64,000 bases of DNA, taken from assembly GCA_041671225.1 (NCBI GenBank), contig JBAZBY010000001.1, positions 494,940-558,939 of the forward strand, read 5' to 3'. Made by a program: the position numbers and the translations under genes. The notes beneath the pieces were generated by a model. That model made no database searches. It worked only from the letters and a program-made list of their open reading frames with translations, and was not told the origin of the DNA. Below are positions 28,601-39,400 of this stretch, one piece after another. Every line of letters begins with the position of its first letter. Positions within the stretch are counted from its first letter, which is position 1. The stretch is from Patescibacteria group bacterium (GTDB lineage: Bacteria; Patescibacteriota; Patescibacteriia; JBAZBY01).

Positions 28601-31363
28601 GATACTGTTCCTGATGGGTGGTCAGGAGGGGGTATTGATAAGCTCAGTGGGGGGTATGATGACAAAACTGCGGTGAAGCTTGAGGGTGGAGGGGATCAAT
28701 GGACGGGTCAGGATATTCCTGTTGTACAGGGCAAAGATTATGTGGTGAGCGGTTGGGTGCGCTCAGAGAATGCCGGCGGCTCCGGAACAGTTCGCACAGA
28801 GTGCGTTGATGCAAACCATAATACTCTTGATGACCACACATGTGAGTTGTGGAGTCGGACGAATAACTGGAATTGGGAACCACAGATCACGAATAGCGAA
28901 TGGACGTTTGTGCAGTACCGTATTCATGCCAATTTGAGCAACGTCGATTTTGTTCGCGTCTTCTGTTATAAGTACGGCGGCAGCGGATCCCTGTGGTGTG
29001 ATAATCTTCGCCTTGAGGAAGTTCCAGAGAGCCTGCTTTGTAATACGGAGGATGTTGGCTGCGAACTTTACACCGCGGTAGAAGATGGCAATGAGATTCC
29101 TGGCATCGCCACATCACAGGATCAATGCGCCGAGGATCAGGTTGGGTGTAAGGCATATCAAGAAGAAGGCATTGATCGTATTCCGATTCGCGACCCGGCT
29201 GATCCCGTCTATTTGATTGCAAAAACTGGCCAGAAGTGCAGTGCCGCAGCTGTTGGGTGTGAAGAATACACCAATCTCAATAAACTCGCAGAAGGCGGTG
29301 AGGCGCTAACCTATTTCACAAATGCCCGTCTTTGCGTGCCGCAAGATCATTCGCTCGTTGTTGCGAATCCTACTGATCACCTCTTTTATTCATGGGTTGG
29401 TACCGCGGAAGATGGATATCAGCTCCGTAAGTGGAATCTTCTGAAGAGTAATTTTGACAATGGTCCGTGTACGAATGTTTCACCGGGAACGGTAACAACC
29501 GAGCCAACATGTAATGATACCCTGACGACTAGGGCGGTATGTGGTCCGGACGCGGGAAATCCCACCGAGCTCTTCAGCAATCCGGATTGCGTTGAATTCT
29601 TTGATGGAAATGCAAACCCGTATTATCGGTATGTTTCACGAACAATTCCTGTTTCTGCAGAGTGTACGCCGTTCCGCAATACCATTGATGAGGCCGCGAA
29701 CAAGGATATCATTTATCATATTCTTCCAAGCGCATCACGAACATGCAGCGCTGCTCAGGCTTTTTGTCGCGAATATAAAGGCTCCACCGGCCAAAATAGA
29801 GTTCAGGTTTTCTATGATGATTTTGAAGACGGCGCAGCAGATGGTTGGGCACCGACGATTATTTCATTTGAATCGCTCACAGGTGGCGGCCACTCTCTTT
29901 CAACCGGAGCAGGAAACACCGTTACGCGCCTGGTCTCGGACATCGCACAAGAAGGGCAGTCATATTTGATCCGCTTGTGGGCAAAGGCGCGGGGTACGGG
30001 GAATCCAACTGATACCATTGCTGCCAAATTTACTAATGGGACTGAAACAGATCAGGCGACAACATCAATAACTCCTGGCGAGTGGAACGCATACACCATT
30101 GGTCCCATCACTATTGATCATCAGGTGAATCCAGGAGAGCAGTTCACCCTTACGCTTGCGGGCGGCGGCTGGGTGGATAACATTGAGATCATTGCAAACG
30201 TCAGCAGCGCGTATCTTATTCAAGGCACGGCAGACACGTGCGATGAGGCAAATGTGAACTGTGCCGCATATCGCACTCGTACGAATGAAACGGTTGCGCT
30301 CAAATCATTCACGCGACTGTGTTCAGAGGAGCAGATTGGTTGTGAGGCGCTTATTGATACGCAAAATTCTGAATCACCGTTCAGCCAGACCGTGCATGGC
30401 ACGACCACGCCAAAGGATAACGCTATTGCGGTGATTAATGATCCGCGCAGGGCATGCAGCGCGCAGGCCGCGGGCTGTGAACCATTTGGTATAGCGAGTT
30501 ATGTGGCCGACGGCACGGTTGCTGATTTCCAGACAACCTATCTTGTGAACGAACCTGATGCGCATGAAAGTATTCTTTGTGATGCGGCTGCGAATTTTTG
30601 CAGGGAATATAACGTACCAGAGACAGGGGGAGTGTCATACTTTAAGGATCCTATTACCCGCTCTTGTGATTATCGCGTCGGTCAGAGTTATTTAGGAACG
30701 GATGTCACTGGGTGGTTCAAGACGGATACCAATGAACTCTGCCCATCGTATAATTTGTGGTGTAAAGTGGGCGGTACCATTCAACCGGCAAATACGCCAA
30801 CACAGCTTGATGCGTGTCTTGCCGTTGATAAGCCATTTATCTATCCAACCAACGGATACAGTCCGCTTACGAAGATTTTCTGTACGGTGGATCCAGGATT
30901 GGATTGTTCGGAAGCACTTCAGGCGGCTGCTTGTCGCACAGGTGGTGGCAGTTGTGTAGCACCGGGGTTGCCCTCTGCGGTATGCGACGGCGGCGATGAT
31001 GATGGCTTTGCCTGTCGCACTGACGCGGATTGCACCAACGGGGGTGCCTGTACGGATGTGTATACCGGCCTGTGTACCACAGCGTTTTCAGGTTGTAACG
31101 CGTATCGGGATCCATTAGACCCAGTCGGGTGTCAGGTGGAATGCAACAATGAGATCGACGCGAGCGGTAATTCGGTTCCGGTCAATGCGTCATGCGAACC
31201 CGATGCAGCTGCAACAACGCCAGGCTGCACCACCTATACGTATATTCGCTCCAGCGTTGAAGGCCGTTCTGCAGATTGTAATAATCAGGTAGACTTTGAA
31301 CGTGGCTGCCGGCCATTCTACGATTCGTCAAACCCAAGTACTTTATTTAACGTTGTCCCATAA
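25670..31363 (+). CDS. Giant Cys-rich secreted/anchored protein with CBM-like domains (1897 aa)
   Basis: N-terminal TM/signal; about 12 C-x6-C-x2-Y/F repeats; NLVPNGSFE, NLLANSDFS and YDDFEDG beta-sandwich starts. Confidence 0.75.
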   Translation: MNERGQNQESKPRRGFSIRMAIAAFVLVAILIGGVVFLFPRPVQAFPGEALAAAAWKEIRDSLRYLGQNLNTIRKDALKVTYDITYKNTLRLYLSRIAEDTAVWVASAGTGQEPLFITDPKYFQKLNDAAVGDFVARISTQTFGTDLSPLIGTQVFKDPKSLALVRRVVTTLTSPDKKTQSCNDFCIPTAEGSEQKLQAVRKWQSEGLEHLVPDDPKDLGPVVNCPVSIDDDDKYTLYWKDGEIDSRSIMEWPKIEARVCHGLLSSYIGQLKTEAQATFQACLNECKAFSGQRGKSAAETWTNLKAVDLGAAVESYYSLENNHFGVALSLYNEAAKAGREEEKALRDITPEGGLKPLVSPVSGAVLTPSVLTEERATQAVQESTSAEKIQTGSPWADALGVFSNTLVQKLTERFFAGKCGLNPKECAGPSGSPGTSDLGSLLFSGQRLTSIAAARLQFASLAQISYSVGSPSSDTYSSVDELTASGVLDAGFAQAIEQRFTVQEAINNGLLQGERTFGFDAQRNDPGSNGYGYRAMVYLRRARIIPVGWELAAQYIREYENSGNVLSLQRVVDAFFDCGIDGTDASPYCGLVDPNWVLKAPEQFCKRAGAGDEIISRDFVCDEDTNADGRINCSADPVFGGDLGRWVLQRDQNQCVDVQDCILENDDGTCIAFGYCFEEKPIWRFDGEACPSYYTSCQSYENTAGNISAYLADTVNIDSCTAENAGCQGYCAESSYWGSRDQWTCTADSGKIVYADDDIQSCNEQESGCNEYIRTTNGTNLVPNGSFEIYTGTIDDTTDDSFAGWSGAALAVSSTNTSFGADNVVVAEIAASGSLQARIQTGTPMAGRSFTVGLNTKGATGTCSGTLQVSSGLYSPPVVPVSFGSFWQQNASTFSVPNNASADTYVDIEIIPTGCAGQIDVAYLTLGDAFYNYTDYGTTNRIYLNAYGDNLLANSDFSYDAGKDFDPDWVGDNTTENDTVPDGWSGGGIDKLSGGYDDKTAVKLEGGGDQWTGQDIPVVQGKDYVVSGWVRSENAGGSGTVRTECVDANHNTLDDHTCELWSRTNNWNWEPQITNSEWTFVQYRIHANLSNVDFVRVFCYKYGGSGSLWCDNLRLEEVPESLLCNTEDVGCELYTAVEDGNEIPGIATSQDQCAEDQVGCKAYQEEGIDRIPIRDPADPVYLIAKTGQKCSAAAVGCEEYTNLNKLAEGGEALTYFTNARLCVPQDHSLVVANPTDHLFYSWVGTAEDGYQLRKWNLLKSNFDNGPCTNVSPGTVTTEPTCNDTLTTRAVCGPDAGNPTELFSNPDCVEFFDGNANPYYRYVSRTIPVSAECTPFRNTIDEAANKDIIYHILPSASRTCSAAQAFCREYKGSTGQNRVQVFYDDFEDGAADGWAPTIISFESLTGGGHSLSTGAGNTVTRLVSDIAQEGQSYLIRLWAKARGTGNPTDTIAAKFTNGTETDQATTSITPGEWNAYTIGPITIDHQVNPGEQFTLTLAGGGWVDNIEIIANVSSAYLIQGTADTCDEANVNCAAYRTRTNETVALKSFTRLCSEEQIGCEALIDTQNSESPFSQTVHGTTTPKDNAIAVINDPRRACSAQAAGCEPFGIASYVADGTVADFQTTYLVNEPDAHESILCDAAANFCREYNVPETGGVSYFKDPITRSCDYRVGQSYLGTDVTGWFKTDTNELCPSYNLWCKVGGTIQPANTPTQLDACLAVDKPFIYPTNGYSPLTKIFCTVDPGLDCSEALQAAACRTGGGSCVAPGLPSAVCDGGDDDGFACRTDADCTNGGACTDVYTGLCTTAFSGCNAYRDPLDPVGCQVECNNEIDASGNSVPVNASCEPDAAATTPGCTTYTYIRSSVEGRSADCNNQVDFERGCRPFYDSSNPSTLFNVVP

Positions 31364-34300
31364 TGAGACTTAAGGAGGTGAAATATATGCGCCCTATTAT
31401 CACAGGAGTTTTACTCCTGGCAGTCAGTTTTGCTACTGCAGCGTTTGTGTTTCCTAGTGAAGTGCACGCACTGCCGAATGATATTCTGTATACCAACCAC
31501 CAGGATAGCATTACCCCAAAAGGGATAATACTTGATGGATCCTTTATTTGGGTTATAAGTCACACTCAGGATGGGTATCCGAGTATCGGCAACGGCCTCT
31601 TTAAGTTAAACAAGAGCGATCTCTCCATTGCACTTTCTGTTGTGAATCCTGAGCCGACGGTTATGGATCAAGATATTGTTATTGCTGGGGGCTATGTTTG
31701 GTGGATTAAAGGCCATATTATTTATCGCCTTGATGCCGCGGGTAATATTATTCACACATATAATTATCAAAATCTTAATCCCATACTTGAGGAGTTTTAT
31801 AATTGTGATTCTTTTGGCAAGGCAGTGTCCGATGGTACGTATCTTTATGTCGCGAATGCAGTCACTGCGGGGTCTGGTATTTGTAAGATACGGATAACGG
31901 ATGGCGTGGTAATGGATTGGTTTCCAGTCGGTGAGCAGTACGACACCATCTTGGATATTTTTTATCTAAATGGCAATCTGTATTTTTACCGCAAGATAAC
32001 CGGAGATATTGTTGAGATGAATCCAAGCACCGGTGCTTTTCTGCGACACCAGTCGGCGGGGGGCTTAAGTACCGCACCCACAGAAACCGGAGATTTTATT
32101 GGGACGTCCCCTGATTTCATTAACCGTTTAACCGGCTCGACCTTTACTGTGGATCATACATATAGTGCACTCGCCCACGACTTTAGCTTTTCCCTTGCTG
32201 CTCCTGGCTCAGGAAAGCACATTCTTTTTGCTGGCAATAAGATCAACTATATATCAGAACCGCCGAATGGATTGGATGAAATCAGTACGCCGGATTATAC
32301 CCTACTCAACGCCGAGACCGTTTATGATGGGGTTCTTGATGGAAATATTCTGTATACTATTTCTGGTCCTGCTATTGCGCGGTATGACCTCACTGCCTTT
32401 TTGGGCATTCCCGTGACTGGTCCTGCAACCGATGAAATTCCTTCGCTCGGCGTTATGATAACAAGTGATCCAACGGCAACGGTTGCTGGCAACACTGCGA
32501 ATTTTGCATGGCAGACTGCCCCCAATCCCGGAACAAGTTGGGGCTCATATCGTGATAGCGACCCCATATCCATGACATCAATGAATATCACCACAGAAAC
32601 GTTGCGTGATATTGATTGCCAGGGCACGCGTTGCTTTGCCGTTGGGCATAACGGCGTGATTCATCGCAGTACCAATGTCACGACCTGGAGCGCGCAGACA
32701 TCCGGAACCAGTAATGATCTCTTCAGCGTTTCTGCCGTATCCCCTGATATAGCGTGGGCAGTTGGGGAAGCCGGAACCATTTTGAGGACTGCCAATGGAG
32801 GCAGTACATGGACAGCGCAGACATCACCCTATGGCACTGTTGCGCACATTAACAGCGTGTTTGCCATTGATAGCAATACCGCATGGGCAGTCACCAGTAC
32901 CGGCAAGGTTATACGCACGACTGATGGCTATGCATGGTCAGAGGCGGCTTCACTTGCAACAAATGTCCCAATGAATGCCATCATGTTCGCAAAAAACAGC
33001 GATGGCACGCTTTCGGGTTGTGTTGCGGGGGACGCTGGTAACCTCTGGCGCTATGATAGTGGTACAACGTTCACAAAATTGACCACAAATGATACCTCAT
33101 CTGGTCTTGAAGGCTGTTCGGTTTCTACACAGCCAGGGAGTCATACCGCATTTCAAATGTTTGGCGTTGCGCGCAACGGGAAGGTCTGGCGCCATGATTA
33201 CTCAGGAACAGGAACAACCTCACTCACGAACCCCCTCTTTTCTGGTTTAGCACACAAGAGCGTACAAATGTATCCTGGCGGGCGGGTCTGGATCGGCGAT
33301 TCAAATGGCAAGGCACTCTATTCTGATGATGCAGGTCTTTCATGGACATTGATCAATCTTGGCGCTTCCACGACCGGATTCCTCGGGCTGTATGTCTATG
33401 AACCGACCGACGTCGTCTTTGTGGGAACCAACGGTGGTAACTTCCGTTATCAGGCAATTTATGGAACCACTTTTGGGCCGTCTACCTATCTCAATTCACA
33501 TAACATCCCCACACCAGCGCTCGCAGAACTCACAACGTATCATTACAAAGTTGCCTCACAAACCGCAGCGGGCGCGTATGTTGGGAGTTGGGATTATACT
33601 TTTGATACCGGTTTTGATGACACCACTCCGCCAACATGGCCAACGCCAAACGTCAACGGCACAAAGGCTTGCAGCGGAAGCACCATACAGTACACATTAA
33701 CGTGGGATCAGGCAACGGATGCAGAATCCGGTATTGACCACTATGAAGTCTGGCGATCGGTCAACTCTTCATTACCCACGAGCTACTCAAAGGTCAATGG
33801 AAATATTGCCGCAACAGGGCCTTACACCCTCACTGATCCGGGGCCGTTGAATCCGGGTTCAACGTATCGCTATATTGTCCGCGCGTATAATCGTGCCGAG
33901 CTATATACTGAATCGCCGGTACATTCCATTGTACCCGGAACGCCAACATTCAATATCACATGGGAAGGTCCTCAACCATTGCCGCCGCATGTAACGGTTA
34001 CCAAAGGCGATCCCGGCGTGTACCAGATCAATGTGACGCGTGATTGGTGTTTTGCCGGAACAATTGCTTGGAGCTATGTCAGTTCAACGCCGCCGACCGG
34101 CCAACCTGCAATGGCAGGCACAATGTATACCTTTGGCCCGGAGACGAGCGGTATTGTGCAGATGAATGTTGCAACATCAGCCCTCGGCCTGGGGACCTAC
34201 ACGAATATGAAGGTGAAGGGTGTCAGTGGCACCACAAAGTATGTTGACCTTGCAAAACTCACCATCGAGTCTACTGATACTACCCCGCCATCAGCCCCCA

Positions 34301-36492
34301 CTGTTGATGGTGAACTGCAATGTTCCGGCACAACAGGCCGGACTATTGTGCTCAATTGGAGCGAGGCGGTGGATCTAGAAACCGGCATCAGCAAATATGA
34401 AGTATATCGCTGCACCGGAGCCTCATGCACGTTCCCCACGACTCCTCTTACAACGCTGACAGGTTCGCCACCCCCAACAACATATACCGACGCTACCGTC
34501 TCACCAAATTTGACGTATAAGTATAAGGTGATCGCGTATAACGGTGGTGTTCCTCCAATGCCTATCACTTCCAACATCTTTACGAAGAGTACCACTACCG
34601 CAGATTGCGATAATGACATATCTGCACCAACCGCTCCGGTCTTGACAGTAACTGCGGAGTGTAGCCTAGGGAATCTTCATAACGTGAGTCTTTCATGGAC
34701 TCCCGCGGTGGATAATGAATCCAATATCGTACGATATGAAATCTTCCGCAATGGAACGTTGATCGCAACAGTCGGCGGGGGAACAACTTCCTATCCAGAT
34801 CTTGGTCTTGCGCCGGGAACATACAGTTATGTCATTGACGCGTGGAATGATGCAACACCTGCGCTCAAGGTATCAAGCCAAGCCAAGAGTATCACGCTGG
34901 ATGCCGCCGGCCTTTCTGTGAATGTCATTGCGCCGGCAACAAAGTCAATTACCGTGGCAAGCGGCAACCCTGCAGTCTACACCGTGCAGGTGACGCCGCA
35001 AGGATGTTTTGCCGACGTCGCAACGTTATCACTAGGAACGGTGCCTGCGCCTATCAGCACAAGCAACACAACCTTTAACCCGTCCACATTGGCGCTTTCT
35101 GGCGGCGCACCAAAGTCAGCACTCATGACCATTGATACCACTGGATTTTTATCCGGAACTTATCAACCGATAAACATCAATGCCAACTCTCCCACGGCAA
35201 ATGCAAGTGTGCCGCAGAGTCCAAATCCAGTAACGCTCATCATTGATAGCAGTGTTTGTACGGATGGAACCCCAAATTTAACGTGCGTTGAGGAACGCAC
35301 TGGGAATGAATCTGACCTGCCAGTATTCTGCGATACGAGCCAGACCCCAGAACTCTTTGACAATTGCGGAGATGCCAGTGGACCGATTTGTGGATGCCCA
35401 GTGTGGACTGCAACCCCTGCAACAGACAAACCATACTGTAATATAACAACCGGTTCATGTGAGTTGAAGTGTTCGGATGGAACAGATCACCTCACTTGCT
35501 CAACGGTGACTCCCGGTTCATATTGTGACCTCACTGAGAGTTTTGACCCGGTTGAGAATTGTAATGAATGTGATGCGCCGGGTGACGGGTATTGTGACGC
35601 CGCAAATGAAATGTGTGATGCAGATACAGGATTGTGCGAAATCGATGATATTCCCCCCGCATTAACCTGCCCAGTCACATGCGTTGGAGGAACCGATTAC
35701 ATCACTGTTTCATGGTGTACTGATGAAGATGCCACATCGCTGGTAAATTATGGTCTTGCTTCAGGTTTTTTGCCTGGTTCAAAGGGTGATACTGCATACG
35801 TGAAGAATCACACTGTCAATATTACTGGATTACTTCCGGATGCAGAGTATTATTATCGCGCATTGAGTAAAGATATATTTGGGAATCTCTTCACGTCACC
35901 AGAAATGACCTGTAGCACTGCGTCCATACCAGATGGAGAGCCACCATCATGTGACATTACTGACCCATTAAATGGCGCGACTGTTTCAAACACCATTCCC
36001 TTCAGTGCGATTGCTTCAGACAATATTGGTGTAGTCGGAGTCGATTTTACAGCGGCGAGTGTTTTTCAAACAACAGTTACAACCCCCCCATACACAATGT
36101 CACTGAACACAAAAGCACTTCCTGATGGCACTGTGCAGCTGAGCATCAAAGCGCGCGATGGCGCATCTCCTGTACCGAACACATGTGAAAAGGATATTTT
36201 AGTAACCGTGAATAACGATGCGGCTGGTCCGCAGCTTGTGGGAGATATTGATTATGAATTCTTTAACTCTGGCAGAAACGTACGTATCAGATGGACCACT
36301 GATGAAGCATCGAGTGGAGAACTGCGATATGGAGAACAAGGAAAACAAAACACATGGACAGAATCAGTGCCCTATTCACTTGCGACCTCGCATGAGATCG
36401 AACTCGGTCCATTTCCGTTTGGTTTCCCAGTTGGATTTGCAATTTGGGCCTGTGATGCGTTGAGTAATTGTAATTACTTGTCTCCCAACTAA
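31363..36492 (+). CDS. Giant secreted protein: beta-propellers (YCF48/BNR-like), FN3, Cys-rich and Ig-like domains (1709 aa)
   Basis: WAVG..G.ILRT.NGG.TW repeats; DTTPP..P..W..A.D.ESGI..Y FN3 repeats; CTDGT/CSDGT modules; TAATG coupling at both ends. Confidence 0.75.
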   Translation: MRLKEVKYMRPIITGVLLLAVSFATAAFVFPSEVHALPNDILYTNHQDSITPKGIILDGSFIWVISHTQDGYPSIGNGLFKLNKSDLSIALSVVNPEPTVMDQDIVIAGGYVWWIKGHIIYRLDAAGNIIHTYNYQNLNPILEEFYNCDSFGKAVSDGTYLYVANAVTAGSGICKIRITDGVVMDWFPVGEQYDTILDIFYLNGNLYFYRKITGDIVEMNPSTGAFLRHQSAGGLSTAPTETGDFIGTSPDFINRLTGSTFTVDHTYSALAHDFSFSLAAPGSGKHILFAGNKINYISEPPNGLDEISTPDYTLLNAETVYDGVLDGNILYTISGPAIARYDLTAFLGIPVTGPATDEIPSLGVMITSDPTATVAGNTANFAWQTAPNPGTSWGSYRDSDPISMTSMNITTETLRDIDCQGTRCFAVGHNGVIHRSTNVTTWSAQTSGTSNDLFSVSAVSPDIAWAVGEAGTILRTANGGSTWTAQTSPYGTVAHINSVFAIDSNTAWAVTSTGKVIRTTDGYAWSEAASLATNVPMNAIMFAKNSDGTLSGCVAGDAGNLWRYDSGTTFTKLTTNDTSSGLEGCSVSTQPGSHTAFQMFGVARNGKVWRHDYSGTGTTSLTNPLFSGLAHKSVQMYPGGRVWIGDSNGKALYSDDAGLSWTLINLGASTTGFLGLYVYEPTDVVFVGTNGGNFRYQAIYGTTFGPSTYLNSHNIPTPALAELTTYHYKVASQTAAGAYVGSWDYTFDTGFDDTTPPTWPTPNVNGTKACSGSTIQYTLTWDQATDAESGIDHYEVWRSVNSSLPTSYSKVNGNIAATGPYTLTDPGPLNPGSTYRYIVRAYNRAELYTESPVHSIVPGTPTFNITWEGPQPLPPHVTVTKGDPGVYQINVTRDWCFAGTIAWSYVSSTPPTGQPAMAGTMYTFGPETSGIVQMNVATSALGLGTYTNMKVKGVSGTTKYVDLAKLTIESTDTTPPSAPTVDGELQCSGTTGRTIVLNWSEAVDLETGISKYEVYRCTGASCTFPTTPLTTLTGSPPPTTYTDATVSPNLTYKYKVIAYNGGVPPMPITSNIFTKSTTTADCDNDISAPTAPVLTVTAECSLGNLHNVSLSWTPAVDNESNIVRYEIFRNGTLIATVGGGTTSYPDLGLAPGTYSYVIDAWNDATPALKVSSQAKSITLDAAGLSVNVIAPATKSITVASGNPAVYTVQVTPQGCFADVATLSLGTVPAPISTSNTTFNPSTLALSGGAPKSALMTIDTTGFLSGTYQPININANSPTANASVPQSPNPVTLIIDSSVCTDGTPNLTCVEERTGNESDLPVFCDTSQTPELFDNCGDASGPICGCPVWTATPATDKPYCNITTGSCELKCSDGTDHLTCSTVTPGSYCDLTESFDPVENCNECDAPGDGYCDAANEMCDADTGLCEIDDIPPALTCPVTCVGGTDYITVSWCTDEDATSLVNYGLASGFLPGSKGDTAYVKNHTVNITGLLPDAEYYYRALSKDIFGNLFTSPEMTCSTASIPDGEPPSCDITDPLNGATVSNTIPFSAIASDNIGVVGVDFTAASVFQTTVTTPPYTMSLNTKALPDGTVQLSIKARDGASPVPNTCEKDILVTVNNDAAGPQLVGDIDYEFFNSGRNVRIRWTTDEASSGELRYGEQGKQNTWTESVPYSLATSHEIELGPFPFGFPVGFAIWACDALSNCNYLSPN

Positions 36493-39400
36493 TGACGAAT
36501 CGCCTTTACAATACGGTGTTCCGCTCGCTCCTGCAGCTTGTTGTTGTTTTTGGGGGTATGGTGCTATTTGTGCAGTCAGTATCTGCGTTGGCCATTAATC
36601 CTCCTGGGCCAAGGGTGCAATCTGTCACCGCGACAAGCGCAACGGTGTATTGGACAACTGACGCAGCTGCTGATGCAACGGTTGAACTAACAGATACCGT
36701 TACTGGTACAGTAAAATCAAGCACTATCAGTGCGCCTTCTACGATCCACACGGTTATTGTTGAATCTTTGTCGCCTTCAACCACATATACGTATACCGTA
36801 ACATCATTTGATGGCACTAATACTGTCAGTGCGACAGGCGCCACAAATATTGTAACACCGGCAAATATCGGCGATACCACTGCTCCAAAACTTCTTTCTC
36901 CTGGCGTGGGCGTGAGTTGTGGTGCTGTTTCGTGTACGGCGTATGTGCTGTATCAATCCGACGAGTTGGCTATTTCAAAGGTATGGTGGGGTCTTACGTC
37001 ACCCCCAGCAAACGGACCACTCACCACAGGCATTTATGACACGAATTTCTCAACATCAATTACGTCTTTGTCGCATGCAACCGATTATTTCTATACCATT
37101 CATCTTCAGGATGCAGCTGGTAACTTCCGGGAATACGGACCGTTAACCTTTACGACATGCGCTGTCGGAGAAATCGGATGTTTTTCCGTTGGCCAGTGTT
37201 TTGATGGCACGCCGCTTGGTTCATGTAATGAAAAGGCAGAATATTGCGACGGCGGCACGCTCGAACTCAACTGCACAGCATGCGGCTATCAATGCCAAAT
37301 TGGCGCAACATGCAAGACAGGCGGCGCCTGCATCAGTGATCCGCCCGTAACGGACAATACCTATCAATGTAATCCCATTTCTTGTTATGAGCCGGATGGA
37401 ACCTTCACCCAACCCGCTGGCGCAGGGTGCTTTCGCAGCTGGCCAAAGTGTAACTCAAATGTCGTGCTCAAGGTCCGCAATGATCGCGAATGCAAGCGCT
37501 GGATTGATTGCAGAAGTTCCATCGAGGTCAAAGATCCTGTTTCAAAGAGCGTGCAGCAGCTTTGCACAAGCCTTGCCAATTGCGCGCAGATTGACGTTAC
37601 CACCGGTGAGTGCACGCGCTTCTTGCCTGAACGGCAATGCCAGTTCAATCCCGGGCGTTTTTGTTCAAAAAATGAAGATTGCGCTGTTTTTGATGAAGGC
37701 GATTGTCTCCCCGCAGGAACTTCCAGCGCGTTGACCTTTAACACGAACCGCGATCTTGGGAATATTCGTTATCTGACGGGCGCGGTCAAGGCGGGACTGG
37801 AATGGAGCGCTGGTGGTGCGGTATCAGGGCAGTACCCCTGGGCGTTTGCGCGTGAGGATGGGGCATCCGTGAATGTGCTTGATAACAATGAGTTCGAAGA
37901 TGTTGAGGAAGTGTACACGCGTGATGCTCAAGGTGTTGCTATAACAAAAAAGCAATTTACTACGGACCCATGGTTCCCGGTTGGCGGGGTTATAAATGCT
38001 GGTACGCCTCAACAAGAAAATCTTGAATTGGATACAAATGGCAAAGCGTCAAAAATAACAGTGAATAGCGAAAATGCGCAGGATTTGAATAATCCAAATC
38101 ATGTTCTCTGGATATATCCAAACAGTAATGAATTTTCAGGTGCGCGTGCCCCTGTTTCCGGATTTTTTGCAACTGATAAGGATCAATATCAGATATCCTT
38201 GCGTATCAAGGGTACCGGTCTCTCTGATCAGGTTGTTCTCATTCAGCTTTTGCACAAAAATACTCTTGGAGAATTTGAGTACCCTGAAGACGCACGCACA
38301 TACGTGAAATTGACAACAGGATGGCAGAATGTTGCGTTTCAGGCGAATGGCGTTTCAAGTACAACATATCTTCAAATTGTGAATACATTCGGCGGACAGT
38401 GTCTTGGGGCTGGCACGTATTGCCGTGAAGATAGTGAATGTCCGGACGTTGCGTTTGGCAAGCCCGGCAAATGCATGGGCGCCCTTGATCAGGTTGCTGA
38501 CCCAAGTCCATTTTTAGTTGATGATGTATATATTCAGCCATCCCTGAAAGTTTCGAATTCAGACTCGATTGCCCGTTCGTGCCGTTTGTTTCCACGCGGG
38601 GATTCACTCTCCTGCGCGTATAATGACCAAAATGGCATACAATATCAAGGCTGGCGCGGTTTTTGTCTGGAGCAAGATCCCAGTAACGCATCAAAGTGCG
38701 TTTCATGGTGGCCGGTTGACGTGATTGCCGGCGACACCGCTGTTTTGGGGAGTTTTGGTGGAGAAACGCAAGACGGGTATGCCGGCCGCAAACCTGTTTA
38801 TTACTGTCTTGAGGCTGCTGGCAGAGCAATGGGCGTTGAGATAGATCGCTATCAGATTACGGCAAAGTACTTCATGAGCCGTTGTGCAAACTGCACGTTT
38901 CCTGATTTTCCCGATGCAGGTTGGCCGGAGAGTACATCTGAGTGTAATGGAAAAGAATCAGGTGGCGTCTGGGGCGAGTCCTTTTGGGTCTGTGGCGATA
39001 ATGAATCATCAAGCTGGGACATCGAGCCAGATTGGCCGGAATATGATTTTTACCAGTATGAAATTGATAGTATTGAGGTTAAGCGAACAAATGGACGCGG
39101 TGAATACCCCGCAAATTTCTTCTTAACGGAAGAAGATCGGCATCTTGATAGTTCTAATAATGAATACTGGGAATTTGTTCAAGCCAGCAGCTCAACGAAG
39201 AACTTACTACGATTTCAAGTGCATTTTGATGTGAATGGGAAGGTTGCCAGTTATTCTGCAGAAACCGACGATGATACGGAGGACAAAAACGAACCCGGAT
39301 TATTTCTTATCTACTACCATATGAGGGAATGGTGTAACAAGATTGTTCAGGTTGTTGATGACAGTGGTCAGAACAAAGCATGGACACAACGCCTACAGCC

